Part shown: one piece after another, positions 37,601-47,979 of the stretch
Layout: every line of letters begins with the position of its first letter
Position numbering within the stretch: the first letter of the stretch is position 1
NCBI GenBank assembly: GCA_040954595.2
Contig: CM082578.2
Span: forward strand, 525,740-589,739
Direction of reading: 5' to 3'
DNA from: Balanoglossus misakiensis
Lineage: Eukaryota; Animalia; Hemichordata
DNA: 64,000 nt
Made by a program: the position numbers and the translations under genes
The notes under the pieces: model-generated
Database searches by the model: none
What the model was told of the DNA's origin: nothing
The model's input: only the letters and a program-made list of their open reading frames with translations

Positions 37601-38962
37601 AAGTCACAGCGGGTTGTTCGGGTAGGACTGCATTATTGCCTGTCAATTTATAGAGAAAGCCCGAATTTAAACAGGGCGTTTCAAACACCGACGTTAGTTG
37701 GGGGCACGGCCTGCAGTACTGTCGGGTAAGCTGACATCGGCGTACCGCATATAATGTAAGGGGGGGGGGCAAACAGAACGGTTCAATACTACATTTATTA
37801 GATATCAGATAATTTTGGACAATCATCTAAAATCTAAATCATTTTTTCATATTTGGATATCTGATGATGTATGAAATGTCCATAAAATGGTGCTGATTCT
37901 AAAAAATGCACTCTGAATGAGCTGATTTAATACAAAATTGCGTTTTATTCATTTTTGCACAAAAAAGGTTATTTATAGGCAAAACTTCATTATTTTTTTA
38001 ATTCGGTGACCTGATCATATATAAACAATTGCCTGTATGTTAAACGTTTTTATGACTCTTAAAAGCAGTGACACTGGCGGCATTCAAGACAAAATAACCA
38101 TTTTAGCCACATTTTGGTCAAAAATGGTAAATTTTTGAAAATTACGAAAAATAACTGTTTTCTACATTTTCGGTAATCTGATGGAGTACAGAATGCCCTT
38201 ATGTATATATCGATACAAATTCCACAAAAGACAGTCTAATTTGGCTCACTGCAGACAAAATTGCATGTTATGAAATTTTGCTTGAAAATGTCATTTTTAG
38301 AAAAAAAAATAAAAAAAGCTTTAACTGTTCTTCGAATTCGGTGCCCTGATTATATATGACATGTTGATTGTATGTTAAAACTTTCGACCACTCCAAAAAT
38401 GCAGAGATATTTACGGAATTCAAGAAAAAAAGGTCATTTTGGCCATATTTTGACAAAAATGGTAAATTTTTAAAAAATCATAAAAAATTAACTCTTTTCT
38501 TCATTTTCGGAAATATTATGGAGCATGAAGTGTCGTTCTCTTGTAAAAAGAGCTGCAAATTCCGGCAAAGGCGGTATAATTTGAATCACCCAAGACAAAA
38601 TTACCATTTTTGACTTTTTTTCAAAAAATTGTCTTTTTTACAAAATAAATAAGAATACATTCTTTTCTTAGTTTCAAACGAGTTGAGATACTTTCCACAC
38701 GGGTTTTCTAACATTGAATTCCGGCTCATCAACTCAGATTTCCTACAGCATAAGTCGGCTAAAACCCTGACACTCTAGAGCAGAAACAGTTGCACACTGG
38801 TAACGTTGAACAAGTCGATTTTTCTCAGCCTGGCTCGGCTAACTCTCCGTCACAATATGACAGACACTAGCGTACGTTAGCAACGGTGATCAAGTCAGAT
38901 TTTCTATGGCTTGGCTCGACTAAAACCCCGGCACACTATGACAGACACTAGCGTTCGTTAGC
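34649..38962 (+). repeat. Continuation of the macrosatellite with more diverged and rearranged units
   Basis: Resumes exactly at GTATGTTAAAAC; internal deletions at ~36518 and ~37613. Confidence 0.96.
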
Positions 38963-40103
38963 TGCATCACCCCAATATGTAATAATTAACCCAATATGTA
39001 ATACTAACCCAATATGTAATAACACTTAACCCAATATGTAACACTAACCCTATATGTAATAAACGTTAACCCAATATGTAATAACACCTTAACCCAATAT
39101 GTAATAACACTGCCCTAATGTATTTTAATGCTAAGCTAAATGAAATACACCAAATCAATATGAAATTATATCTGTATATGAATTGGAATCCTTACTAAAC
39201 ATTTTTGAAACTAAAATCAGTGTTTTTCATTAACCCAATATGTAATAATGGTGGCTTGTATTTTTTATACGAAGAAAGGGGGGGGGGGGGGTATATTTGT
39301 CTTTCTGGGAAAAGACCATAATATTATTTCATCAATTTTCAATAGAGGTGGTGATAGAGGGGGAAACCCTATTGATTAACATACTTCCCGCTTAACTCAA
39401 CGAATTACTTGCAAGTTCCGGTAGCATTTGATAGTCCTCGTAAAGTTAACATAGTGATACACATGCGTACACAACTTGATTTCACTACTTTTATAAAGAC
39501 TTGAGTTTTACTTCAACTCTATTGGGTTAATATAATTCAAACACATTAGGGCAGTGTTATTACATATTGGGTTAAAGTGTTATTACATATAGGGTTAGCA
39601 TTACATATTGGGTTAAGGTGTTCTTACATATTGGGTTAGTATTACATATTGGGTTAAAGTGTTATTACATATTGAGTTAGTGTTACATATTGGTTTAAGT
39701 GGTATTACATATTGGGTTAGTGTTACATATTGTGTTAAAGTTTATTACATACAGGGTTAAAGTTTATTACATATAGGGTTAACTAATAACGTTTTTTTCA
39801 TGTAGAATTAACGTTATTTCATGTAGAAATAAAGTTTATTAGATATAGGGTTAACTAATAACGTATTTTTTCATGTAGAATTAACGTTATTTCATGTAAA
39901 ATTCAAGTCTATAACATATAGGGTTAACGCTTATTACATATGCAGCTAGCTGATAACGTTTATTACATGTAGAATTAAAGTTTATTACATATTGGGTTAA
40001 GTGTTATTACAAATTGGGTTAGTATTACATATTGGGTTAAGTGTTATTACATATTGGGTTTGTATTACACATTGGGTTAATTATTACATATTGGGGTGAT
40101 ACA
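38963..40103. mobile_element. Non-autonomous foldback/MITE with long repeat-built TIRs and TG(T)...ACA ends (Ginger-like termini)
   Basis: TGCATCACCCCAATATGTAATAATTAACCC... mirrored by ...GGGTTAATTATTACATATTGGGGTGATACA; ~19-24 bp AACCCAATATGTAATA subrepeats; no TSD. Superfamily is tentative. Confidence 0.8.
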
Positions 40104-41783
40104 GACGCAGAGGTCGAGGAAAGGCAATTTCTTATCTGATTCTGGTTCTATGGTGAATTGAATATGAGGATCTATACTGTTTATATGTTGTGTCAGTGAG
40201 TCTACCGCCTGTTCATCTGTATTCACAAAGGTGTCATCCACGTATCGCAGCCACAATGATGGTGGGTAGGGGGCTGTGGAGATAGCACGGTCTTCAAAGT
40301 ACTCCATGTATAAGTTCGCTACAATGGGTGACACTGGTGACCCCATTGCAGCTCCATGGGTTTGTTGGTAGAATGTCCCATCATACACAAAATACGTGGT
40401 TTTCAGACAGAACTCCAATAACTTGGTTATTTGTTCTACAGTGAGTTCTGATCGGTTGCTGAGGGTGTCATCTGTCTTGAGTTTGTTTTGAGTGACTTCT
40501 AGTGCTTGGTCTACTGGGACACTAGTGAACAAGGCTGTGACATCATAGGAGACCAGTTTTTGGCCAGGTGAAATTCGCAGATCTTTCAGCTTGTCTACCA
40601 GTTCTTTACTGTTTTTAATACTGTGTACTGTGTTACTGACAAGTGGTGTAAGGACTTCAGCTAGATGGCGCGCAACGTTGTAAGTGATGCTGCCACAGGT
40701 AGACACAATGGGTCGAAGTGGTGCGACTGGTTAGTGTATTTTTGGTGTTCCGTACAGTTTGGGTGCTTCTTCAGAGTTGGGGTACAGTTTCCAGTATAGT
40801 TTGTCACTAATGTTGCCTTCTTTCCTGATATCTCTCAACATGTTAACTAATTTGGTCTTGTATCTGGAAGTGGGATCTTTCTTTAGTGTCTTATAGGTGT
40901 TGTTGTCAGACAATAGAGTGTTAATTTTCTTTTTATAGTCAGCCATGTTCATCAACACTGTTGCCCTGCCTTTGTCAGCTGGTAGTACAATGATGGACTC
41001 GTCTTTACGTAATATTTGTAGGGCATGTCGCTCTTCCTTCGTTATGTTGGATTTGGATATTTTGGCCCGCTTTACTACTCGTACCACTTCACTTCTCAAC
41101 TCAGCTGCTTTGGTTTCTTAGAGCTTACTGCATACTGTCTCTGTACCAGCGATGATCTCAGCAACTGGTACCTCGGTTGGTGTTATCGCAAAGTTCAGTC
41201 CCTTTTTCAGAATGGAGATTTCATTAGCATTTAGCTGTCTGTTGCTCAGATTGACTACCCATCTATCTGTGTTTACACTGGTGTTACTCACTGTGTGCTT
41301 CTCTTGTTTCTTTTTCCTCAGGTTTTCAAACTTGACCATTTGCCTAGCTTTAGTGTCTTCATAGGTGTTACGATGCACCGAGTCTAAGAGTCCCCACACC
41401 TACACTTGTTCGTTGGAATTCAGGATGGCGTCAAGTTGCTTTTGATGTTCATCTAGTTTGTCCCCCAGTTTTATGATGGTATATGTGCACTGGCGAATGC
41501 GGACATTAATGAGTTGTTTCTCAGCTTTGGCCACGATCTTGTCAGCTTGTTTTCCGGTAACGTTAGAGTTGAGCTTTATGCTGGTCGGCGTGATGTTTTG
41601 CCGAAAACAACGGACGTTGAACTTCTTGTGGTTTTCCCATCGTACGATCTTTCCGCCTGTTGCTGAGACATCAACGCTGAATAATTAACACCATTGCGTG
41701 ATCAAGCTCCGTTGTAGTCGGATCGAAACGTCGCACTGTTTCAAAAATACTGTTCCAAAGTGACTATATTTCACTATCTACTT
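40104..41783 (-). mobile_element. Penelope-like element (Poseidon-type): decayed RT, 3' truncated, with an inverted pLTR at its 5' end
   Basis: WVVNLS...LKKGLNF, LPADKGRATV, LYGTPKIH, SYDVTALFTSVP, QQTHGAAMGSPVSP, RYVDD motifs; several stops; GIY-YIG endonuclease missing. Confidence 0.92.
41692..41738 (+). ncRNA. Minimal type I hammerhead ribozyme in the Penelope pLTR, G3:C8 core variant
   Basis: CATTGC-GTGATCA-A-GCTCCG-loop-CGGATC-GAAAC-GTC-GCACTG: stems I and II, palindromic ACGT stem III, predicted cleavage after C41732. Confidence 0.72.
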
Positions 41784-43189
41784 CGATTCTTGGAACCATG
41801 AACAATATATTTTCCATGAAGAGTACACAGTGGACAAATCCATTATGGATGAAAGACGAACAGAATCTAACGCCTTTTGACGTAATTCAACTGTAGACTG
41901 TGAAGAAACAGAACCAGACGCATATGAGGTCACTGAACAATCAGAGTCGGCTTCGCTATCAACAGCAACAGCAACTCGCTTGGAATCCTCCTCAGATTCA
42001 TTGGAGGACACTGGACGCTTAGCAGAAAAAGTGGAAATCATTTCCAAAGATGAAAAGGATGACCTTGGACTAAAAAAAATCCGAATTCTGTTGCTGCCCT
42101 TCCTCGACCTCCATCGCAACACTTTGTACACTACCTGAAGTCTGTACCTGGTCACCCTGACCAGGCGTAATTTCGTCTGAAAAAACAGAACACTCAGCAC
42201 CTGGGACAGAATCTTCACAAACGTGCTCTGCAGACGACTTCCCCAGAGCCGTATTGACCGCCGCCGCCACAATATCATCAACTATTTTATTTACCACTTC
42301 CACGCTAGGGGACAGAGCGGCTTCCGACGTCGGTAGCCAAGACTTCGTCAGGGACACTCTATTGGCAAATGAAATTTCTAAACACATGGCCCTCCCCCCA
42401 CAAACGGAACACTTCACATCAAAGGTACATTTATTCACATGGTGGCCCAACTGACCACACCGGAAGCAATTAATGTTACTACATTCCTTGGCCAGGTGCC
42501 CCACCTAGCCACATCTAACACAGGTACGTGGCTGTCCAGGATAGGACAGCCACACGTTGCGCGTACCAATCCTGATCGTCGAAGGGATGTTTTTTTTCAA
42601 CCGCACACGCTACTGCCTCGTACCATTGTACACCGAAGGCTCCTCCCTGAAAACACACTTCCTGCCTGCCAGGACCGTCCCGTACCCAGACAAAATCCGC
42701 TGGACAAAATTGTCGTCTAACTCATTATCAATATACAAGGCAGTCAGCGTAACAACATCAGAACTATAAGTCTGAGTTTCGAACTCTTTCGCACCCCTCA
42801 AGACGTCTTCAAACTGACGTCTAAAAGACAATGTCCTAAACGTTACATCTACACATCGACCCGGCAATCTTTGGACCGCCTGCAGATGGGTCTCTGCACA
42901 CACACCCGCCTCACGCAATAACTCAAAAATCCTACCCGACCCACTCACACCCTCCCGAAACTTCAACAACAAGGTGCGGTCTTTACGCACCATACTGAAG
43001 CGAAAATCAAAAAATCAAAAACGACAAAGAAAAATGAGAAGCTAAAAAAGAAGCAACTCACGCTCGCGTCCACCTGGCTGATACCAAAAGAAAAGAAGAA
43101 ACGAAGCTCCACGAGGACGTCGAACGATGAAAAAACCACCTGTAGAAATACTCTTCTTGGATTGGATATAACACACCAGTAACAACCAA
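41784..43189 (-). mobile_element. Tx1-clade (Keno-like) non-LTR retrotransposon: 5' UTR and decayed ORF1, truncated by the Penelope element
   Basis: ORF1 from the ATG at 42993 with RRM-like VDVTF, LSGYG, YNGTR, YPGQPRTC and tandem CCHC knuckles (CFRCGQLGHHVNKC); stops and frameshifts; 5' end joined to U2 sequence. Confidence 0.82.
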
Positions 43190-43218
43190 TGATCTTAGCC
43201 AAAAGGCCGAGAAGCGAT
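43190..43218 (-). ncRNA. RNU2: U2 snRNA 5' fragment (nt 1-29), gene disrupted by the retrotransposon
   Basis: Minus strand ATCGCTTCTCGGCCTTTTGGCTAAGATCA is the conserved metazoan U2 5' end. Confidence 0.93.
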
Positions 43219-43263
43219 ACTGGCCGTCGGGCCGGAACTCTGGACGGTATCAAGCTCAACAAA

Positions 43264-43281
43264 ACTTTATGTATGGTTTGG
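43264..43281 (-). promoter_or_regulatory. Candidate snRNA proximal sequence element (PSE)
   Basis: CCAAACCATACATAAAGT at about -46 to -63 from U2 +1, the usual PSE position; loose match to consensus. Confidence 0.4.
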
Positions 43282-43325
43282 TCGATAGGTTGCTCATTAA
43301 TCAAGGTCGCATGTTTTATATTTTT

Positions 43326-43439
43326 ACTATCTACACTGCGTAGTGATTGGTTGAGTGAATATGAATATTCATAGGATACCTATATATAATTGGAGTGCGC
43401 ATACACCCAGCTGTCACATCACATCGAACGGTGCATGGA
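43326..43439. repeat. 114-bp dispersed direct repeat (second copy 45573-45686)
   Basis: Near-identical ACTATCTACACTGCGTAGTGATTGG...GGTGCATGGA at both positions. Confidence 0.9.
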
Positions 43440-43964
43440 TAACTAGAGAGCAGACCCTACTCCTCGCGGTACAGCATGCAGTCTACTTCACAACCTGTAG
43501 TGCAGGGTACTTCACAACTACAAGCACAGTAGCCAAAACCTCTGCAAAAGGGTGGTAACCAACTACCAAGACGTGTGAGTGTACCAAGCGGTGTAATGGG
43601 TTCTGTGTCGGGTTCTACCTCTCAGGCAACTTGGCCTACCCAGGCTGCTGAGTTGAGACCGCCACCTCAAAACAAGGCGGTAAGTTGTTTTTCTGTGTTT
43701 GCAGTGCGATATTTATTCATATGAATTTTGTCATAGTGTACTTCAAGTTGAGTATGAAGATTTGAAAAAAGCGGTTTGGTTAGCTTTTGTACATGTGTGT
43801 TGGTACAAAAATTATGCGATAATTTATGGTAAGTATTTGAAAGGAAATCTGTGACGAGTTTATGACTTGTGAATAGGTGATTACACAGGTGTGTACGTTT
43901 TCTGTATTGAAGTGGTTTGTCCTGTTGAGAGACATGAAGTATATAAGTTTTTGATATAATTAGT

Positions 43965-44365
43965 TTTGGGGTGTCCAGTGGGAGACACGCGTACGTATGC
44001 TTCATGATGAAAGTTGACACGTGTTTTGAATACTGAAATAGGGTGTCCAGTGGAAGACACGTAAGTTTTTGTGATATAATATGACACGTGTCTTGAATAC
44101 TGAAATTGCGTGTCCAGTGGGAGACACGTAAGTGTTTGTGATAAAATTTGACACGTGTTTTGAATACTGAAATTGGGTGTCCAGTGGGGAGACACGTAAG
44201 TTTTTTGTGATAAAATTTGACACGTGTTTTGAATACTGAAATTGGGTGTCCAGTGGGAGACACGTAAGTTTTTTGTGATAAAATTTGACACGTGTTTTGA
44301 ATACTTAATTTAGGTGTCCAGTGGGAGACACGTAATTTTTTTTGTGTCCCATGAGAGACATGTGA
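43965..44365. repeat. ~68-bp tandem repeat, 6-7 copies, each with a GTGTC-N8-GACAC inverted motif
   Basis: GTGTCCAG at 43971, 44043, 44110, 44177, 44246, 44314. Confidence 0.92.
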
Positions 44366-46593
44366 TTGGCCGATTACATAGGTATGCATATTGAAGTAGG
44401 ATGTGTCCTGTTGAGAGACATGTAAATTTTTATGCGTGGATTTTGTTTGAGTATTTATGTGATTCACATAGTGATTGGCTGATTATACAGGTGTGCGTAG
44501 TTGTATGGGATTGTCCTATTGAGAGACATGTAATATTTGACGAGTGATGAATTATGTATGAATACTGGGCAAAGGTGTTTCAATGGGAAACATGTGATAT
44601 AGTAATGATTATTTGATTATGCAGTTGTGCATGTGTGAAATTTGTTTTCTTTCCGGATGTTTATTTGATGTTATTATTTCGATAGCCCTTAGGTATAGTC
44701 AGCTCACTAAATGCTGGCTTGCCTTAAAAAAAGGGCCTTGGGCCAGAGAGGAAAAAAATCTTGTTCATCAGATTTTTTGGACCAAGGTCCAGGAGCGGCG
44801 AGCGAATATTTTTATTTTTATTTATTTTTTAGGCTGAAAGTAAATGCGGTTCTCTGGCATATTTGCACAGATGCAGAAAAGGCGAGATAATTGTTTCCCT
44901 TTTTACCAGAAATATCTCAGACAAAATACACTGATACATGTACTTGTAACTGAATTCAATACTATATTTCCCAACAATAACATAGGCAATTAACTTTACA
45001 GTTGGTGTTTGCACAACATATTCTGGCCACCAGCGGCAGTGACTAAGGATGTTGTAACACGGAAATAGAATATTTGCCGAGATCCCCCCCCCCAAAAAAA
45101 AAAATTCCAAATCATCCAAAGTAGAAGCGGCGATTCCGATGAACAATTTATTTTTTCTTCCTGGCCTTGGGGGTTTAATTATAACCCCCTGGTTGTGTGT
45201 CTTATGCTACTGTTATTTTCTTTATCGACAAAATTATTGATAGTATTTTCTCCCGTGGTTTTTCTTCTTAGTCTCTTAACCCGATGTCTGGTATGAGTGC
45301 ATGGGAACGTAATGTGATTTTTGATCCAAGAGAGGCAATGAAAGACAGATTGCTTAGACAAGTTCGATGGACGGGATGGAAAGCCGGGCTCGAGTCTCCT
45401 CCCGTGCTGATATATGGCTGTGGGGTTGTTTTGTGTTGATGAGGTTTGGAGAGAAGGCATGAGAGAAGGGGTGATTATGAATCTAAAGAAGTATTATTTG
45501 GGGGGACCAGGGAGTCCTTGACCACTCCACTACTAAATCATACGAAAACATACTATGCATTGGGGATAAGGAACTATCTACACTGCGTAGTGATTGGTTG
45601 ATTGAATATGAATATTCATAAGATACCTATATATAATTGGAGTGCGCATACACCCAGGTGTCACATCACATCGAATGGTGCATGGAAAACTCCCGCCCAC
45701 CCACCCAAAATCACTGTACCGCGAGAAGTGGCAACCTGTTTTTCTTCCTCTCTGCGTAACACAAGGGTCCCCAACCAGGGGGTCCTTGACCTCTCCACTA
45801 CTAAATATATAATATTTAAAGCCTTATTACTTAGCTCAATGATATAGCCTATTCTTATAAGGAATGGGTAAGGGTATCTTTTTAATAGGCTAAACCATGC
45901 GCAAAATAGCGTTAACAAGCTTTAGGGAGGGAGGGAGGGTCAGGCTAAATAAAGTACCTCCACAACCCCACGCCTACCCCCAAATGTACGCGCTTCTACC
46001 GTTGTCTCTGAGTCTCCTCCGTTATCGAGTGACAAACTAAGTGTACCAATTATGTTGCCCTATTTATACTCATGCCTTATAAATATTTATGAGATGCGTA
46101 AAGATATCGCTGCGTAATGAGGCTTTGAATAATATAATATTTAAAGCCTTATTACTTAGCTCAATGATATAGCCTATTGTTATAAGGAATGGGTAAGGGT
46201 ATCTTTTTACCGTCCACATACTGCCTAAAGCGTAATAATTCTACCTAAACCATAAAACACACAACCCATACCTAAATCAATCAAAAACCTTTATTCAAAA
46301 TAATTCCCCCATTCCTCATAACAATAGAAACATTCCCAGCAATTAACATATGAGAACATCATTACATCCAAGGAATAAAAGTGGTAACCATACACATTCA
46401 AACTGAAAAATGGAGCAGATTCATCTCTAAAATAATCACATTGATATTTAATGAAACTAATAGAAATTCATAGCAGTCTCCAGACACAAAATATCAGATG
46501 AACAAACAAGTGGCAAATATTCACCCTATACTACAGGTACATTGTACAGTCAAATTACAAATCCAAATGTAACAGTTTTCACAGAAGAACCAG

Positions 46594-47892
46594 CTACTGA
46601 TAAAAGGCTGGTCTACAAGAAGTTACAATATTCTCCAAATTTTCATATTTAAGAGTAATATCATCACGAGTATCAATAGCATCTATTAACCTAGAAGCAG
46701 GAGCCTCTGCTTTTCCAACCTTATGGAGCTGCATATAGTGGTTTGCAGTCTTTTCTGATCTCCAACCAACATGGTCCATGAGATCTGAGATCTGTGAACC
46801 TGCCAATGCTAAAATTATTGCACATGCACTCCTAAAGCTGTGAGGAGTTTCACCTTGGTCAATATTTAACACTTGCAAATATGTTTTCAGACGTTGGTAA
46901 ATAGCTTGCGAGGATATGGGTTTTTGCACAACTTGACCACATGGGGTTGTTGGACGAAAAAGATAACCAAACCGTAAATCTATATCAAAACTTCTCGCTA
47001 ACTTAATGTATTCCTCTATCGTACTCACGGCGCATAACGTCTTGTCATTACAACGCTTTATTGTGAATAAATTACTCTGTTCACCTCTTAAAGATTTACC
47101 AAAAGTATGATTAAATATGAAACCAGAATTATCTGGCAACCTTAAGATTTCCTGAGTTTTGATCTGGCCAAGATCTCCTGCCCTATCTCCGGACATCATT
47201 AATACCTTAAATATGGTAATATCTTTAGCATAGACGTATGCTTCAACACGTGAAGTGCTAGACACTAGTTTACTTAAAATGTAATCTAGAAGGATCCTTA
47301 TCTTATTAGTAAAAATCGGCTTGGCCTGTTTAGGAGTTATATGTGCTTTGGCCTGCTCTTCACCGGATTTCTTAATATATCTGTCAACCAAGGTAGAAGC
47401 GATTGGGTTTGTCTTACATAAACCCAGATTTAGCATCACCCCATAAAAGGACTTTAATTTAGCAGCTATATTTTTTAAGGTGCCTAAACGTAGACGTTTA
47501 GGACATTCACACTGATCAAACTTTCTGGTAACACTACCCAGGAACGGACATGTATTTATATGAACCTGAGTTCGAGCATGTTTGTCTTTATGGATAAGAA
47601 ATCTGACAATATCTACTGGCATCGCTTGAGTAAGGTCTTTAGGCTGAGGGAGTCCACTTAAGAAAGATTCCAAATTTTGTACCAATTTGTCTTTCTGGAT
47701 TTCATAAGCTGATTTTGAACCCAGTAGATCATTCATTCGAGCATCGACGATATCAAGATCAACCTGAGTGCGCCCCCTCTCGGACGGATAAGGAACTGAG
47801 CTGACTACTTTGGCTGAGCAAATATGGCACTGTTTTTTGTCCTCTTGACCAGGAGAATTGCAGAGTAACTGAGTACCACATAACCAACATTC
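46594..47892 (-). CDS. Zn-ribbon + tyrosine recombinase exon
   Basis: Frame opens right after ttcattAG at 47893: ECWLCG...QCHIC, then YR with GDRAGDL, TPHSFR, HVGW, NHY. First Met (47736) lies downstream of the Cys motif. Confidence 0.9.
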   Translation of the reverse strand, partial: ECWLCGTQLLCNSPGQEDKKQCHICSAKVVSSVPYPSERGRTQVDLDIVDARMNDLLGSKSAYEIQKDKLVQNLESFLSGLPQPKDLTQAMPVDIVRFLIHKDKHARTQVHINTCPFLGSVTRKFDQCECPKRLRLGTLKNIAAKLKSFYGVMLNLGLCKTNPIASTLVDRYIKKSGEEQAKAHITPKQAKPIFTNKIRILLDYILSKLVSSTSRVEAYVYAKDITIFKVLMMSGDRAGDLGQIKTQEILRLPDNSGFIFNHTFGKSLRGEQSNLFTIKRCNDKTLCAVSTIEEYIKLARSFDIDLRFGYLFRPTTPCGQVVQKPISSQAIYQRLKTYLQVLNIDQGETPHSFRSACAIILALAGSQISDLMDHVGWRSEKTANHYMQLHKVGKAEAPASRLIDAIDTRDDITLKYENLENIVTSCRPAFYQ

Positions 47893-47979
47893 CTAATGAA
47901 ATATAAAATGTAGAAGTACACAACTTTAATCTTGAAACAGCTGTATTATTCAATAGATGAAGCTTTTAATAGTAATTGC

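Noticed and set aside
9008-38962. Recurrent 60-86 aa ORFs, and the 81-bp (27-codon) period as a coding repeat
   Set aside because: Plus-strand frames of the 81-mers contain stops and the track shows no long ORF on either strand; the short ORFs gain and lose frame with homopolymer length.
43667-44467. 266-aa and overlapping ORFs
   Set aside because: Translations of the 68-bp tandem repeat in several frames.
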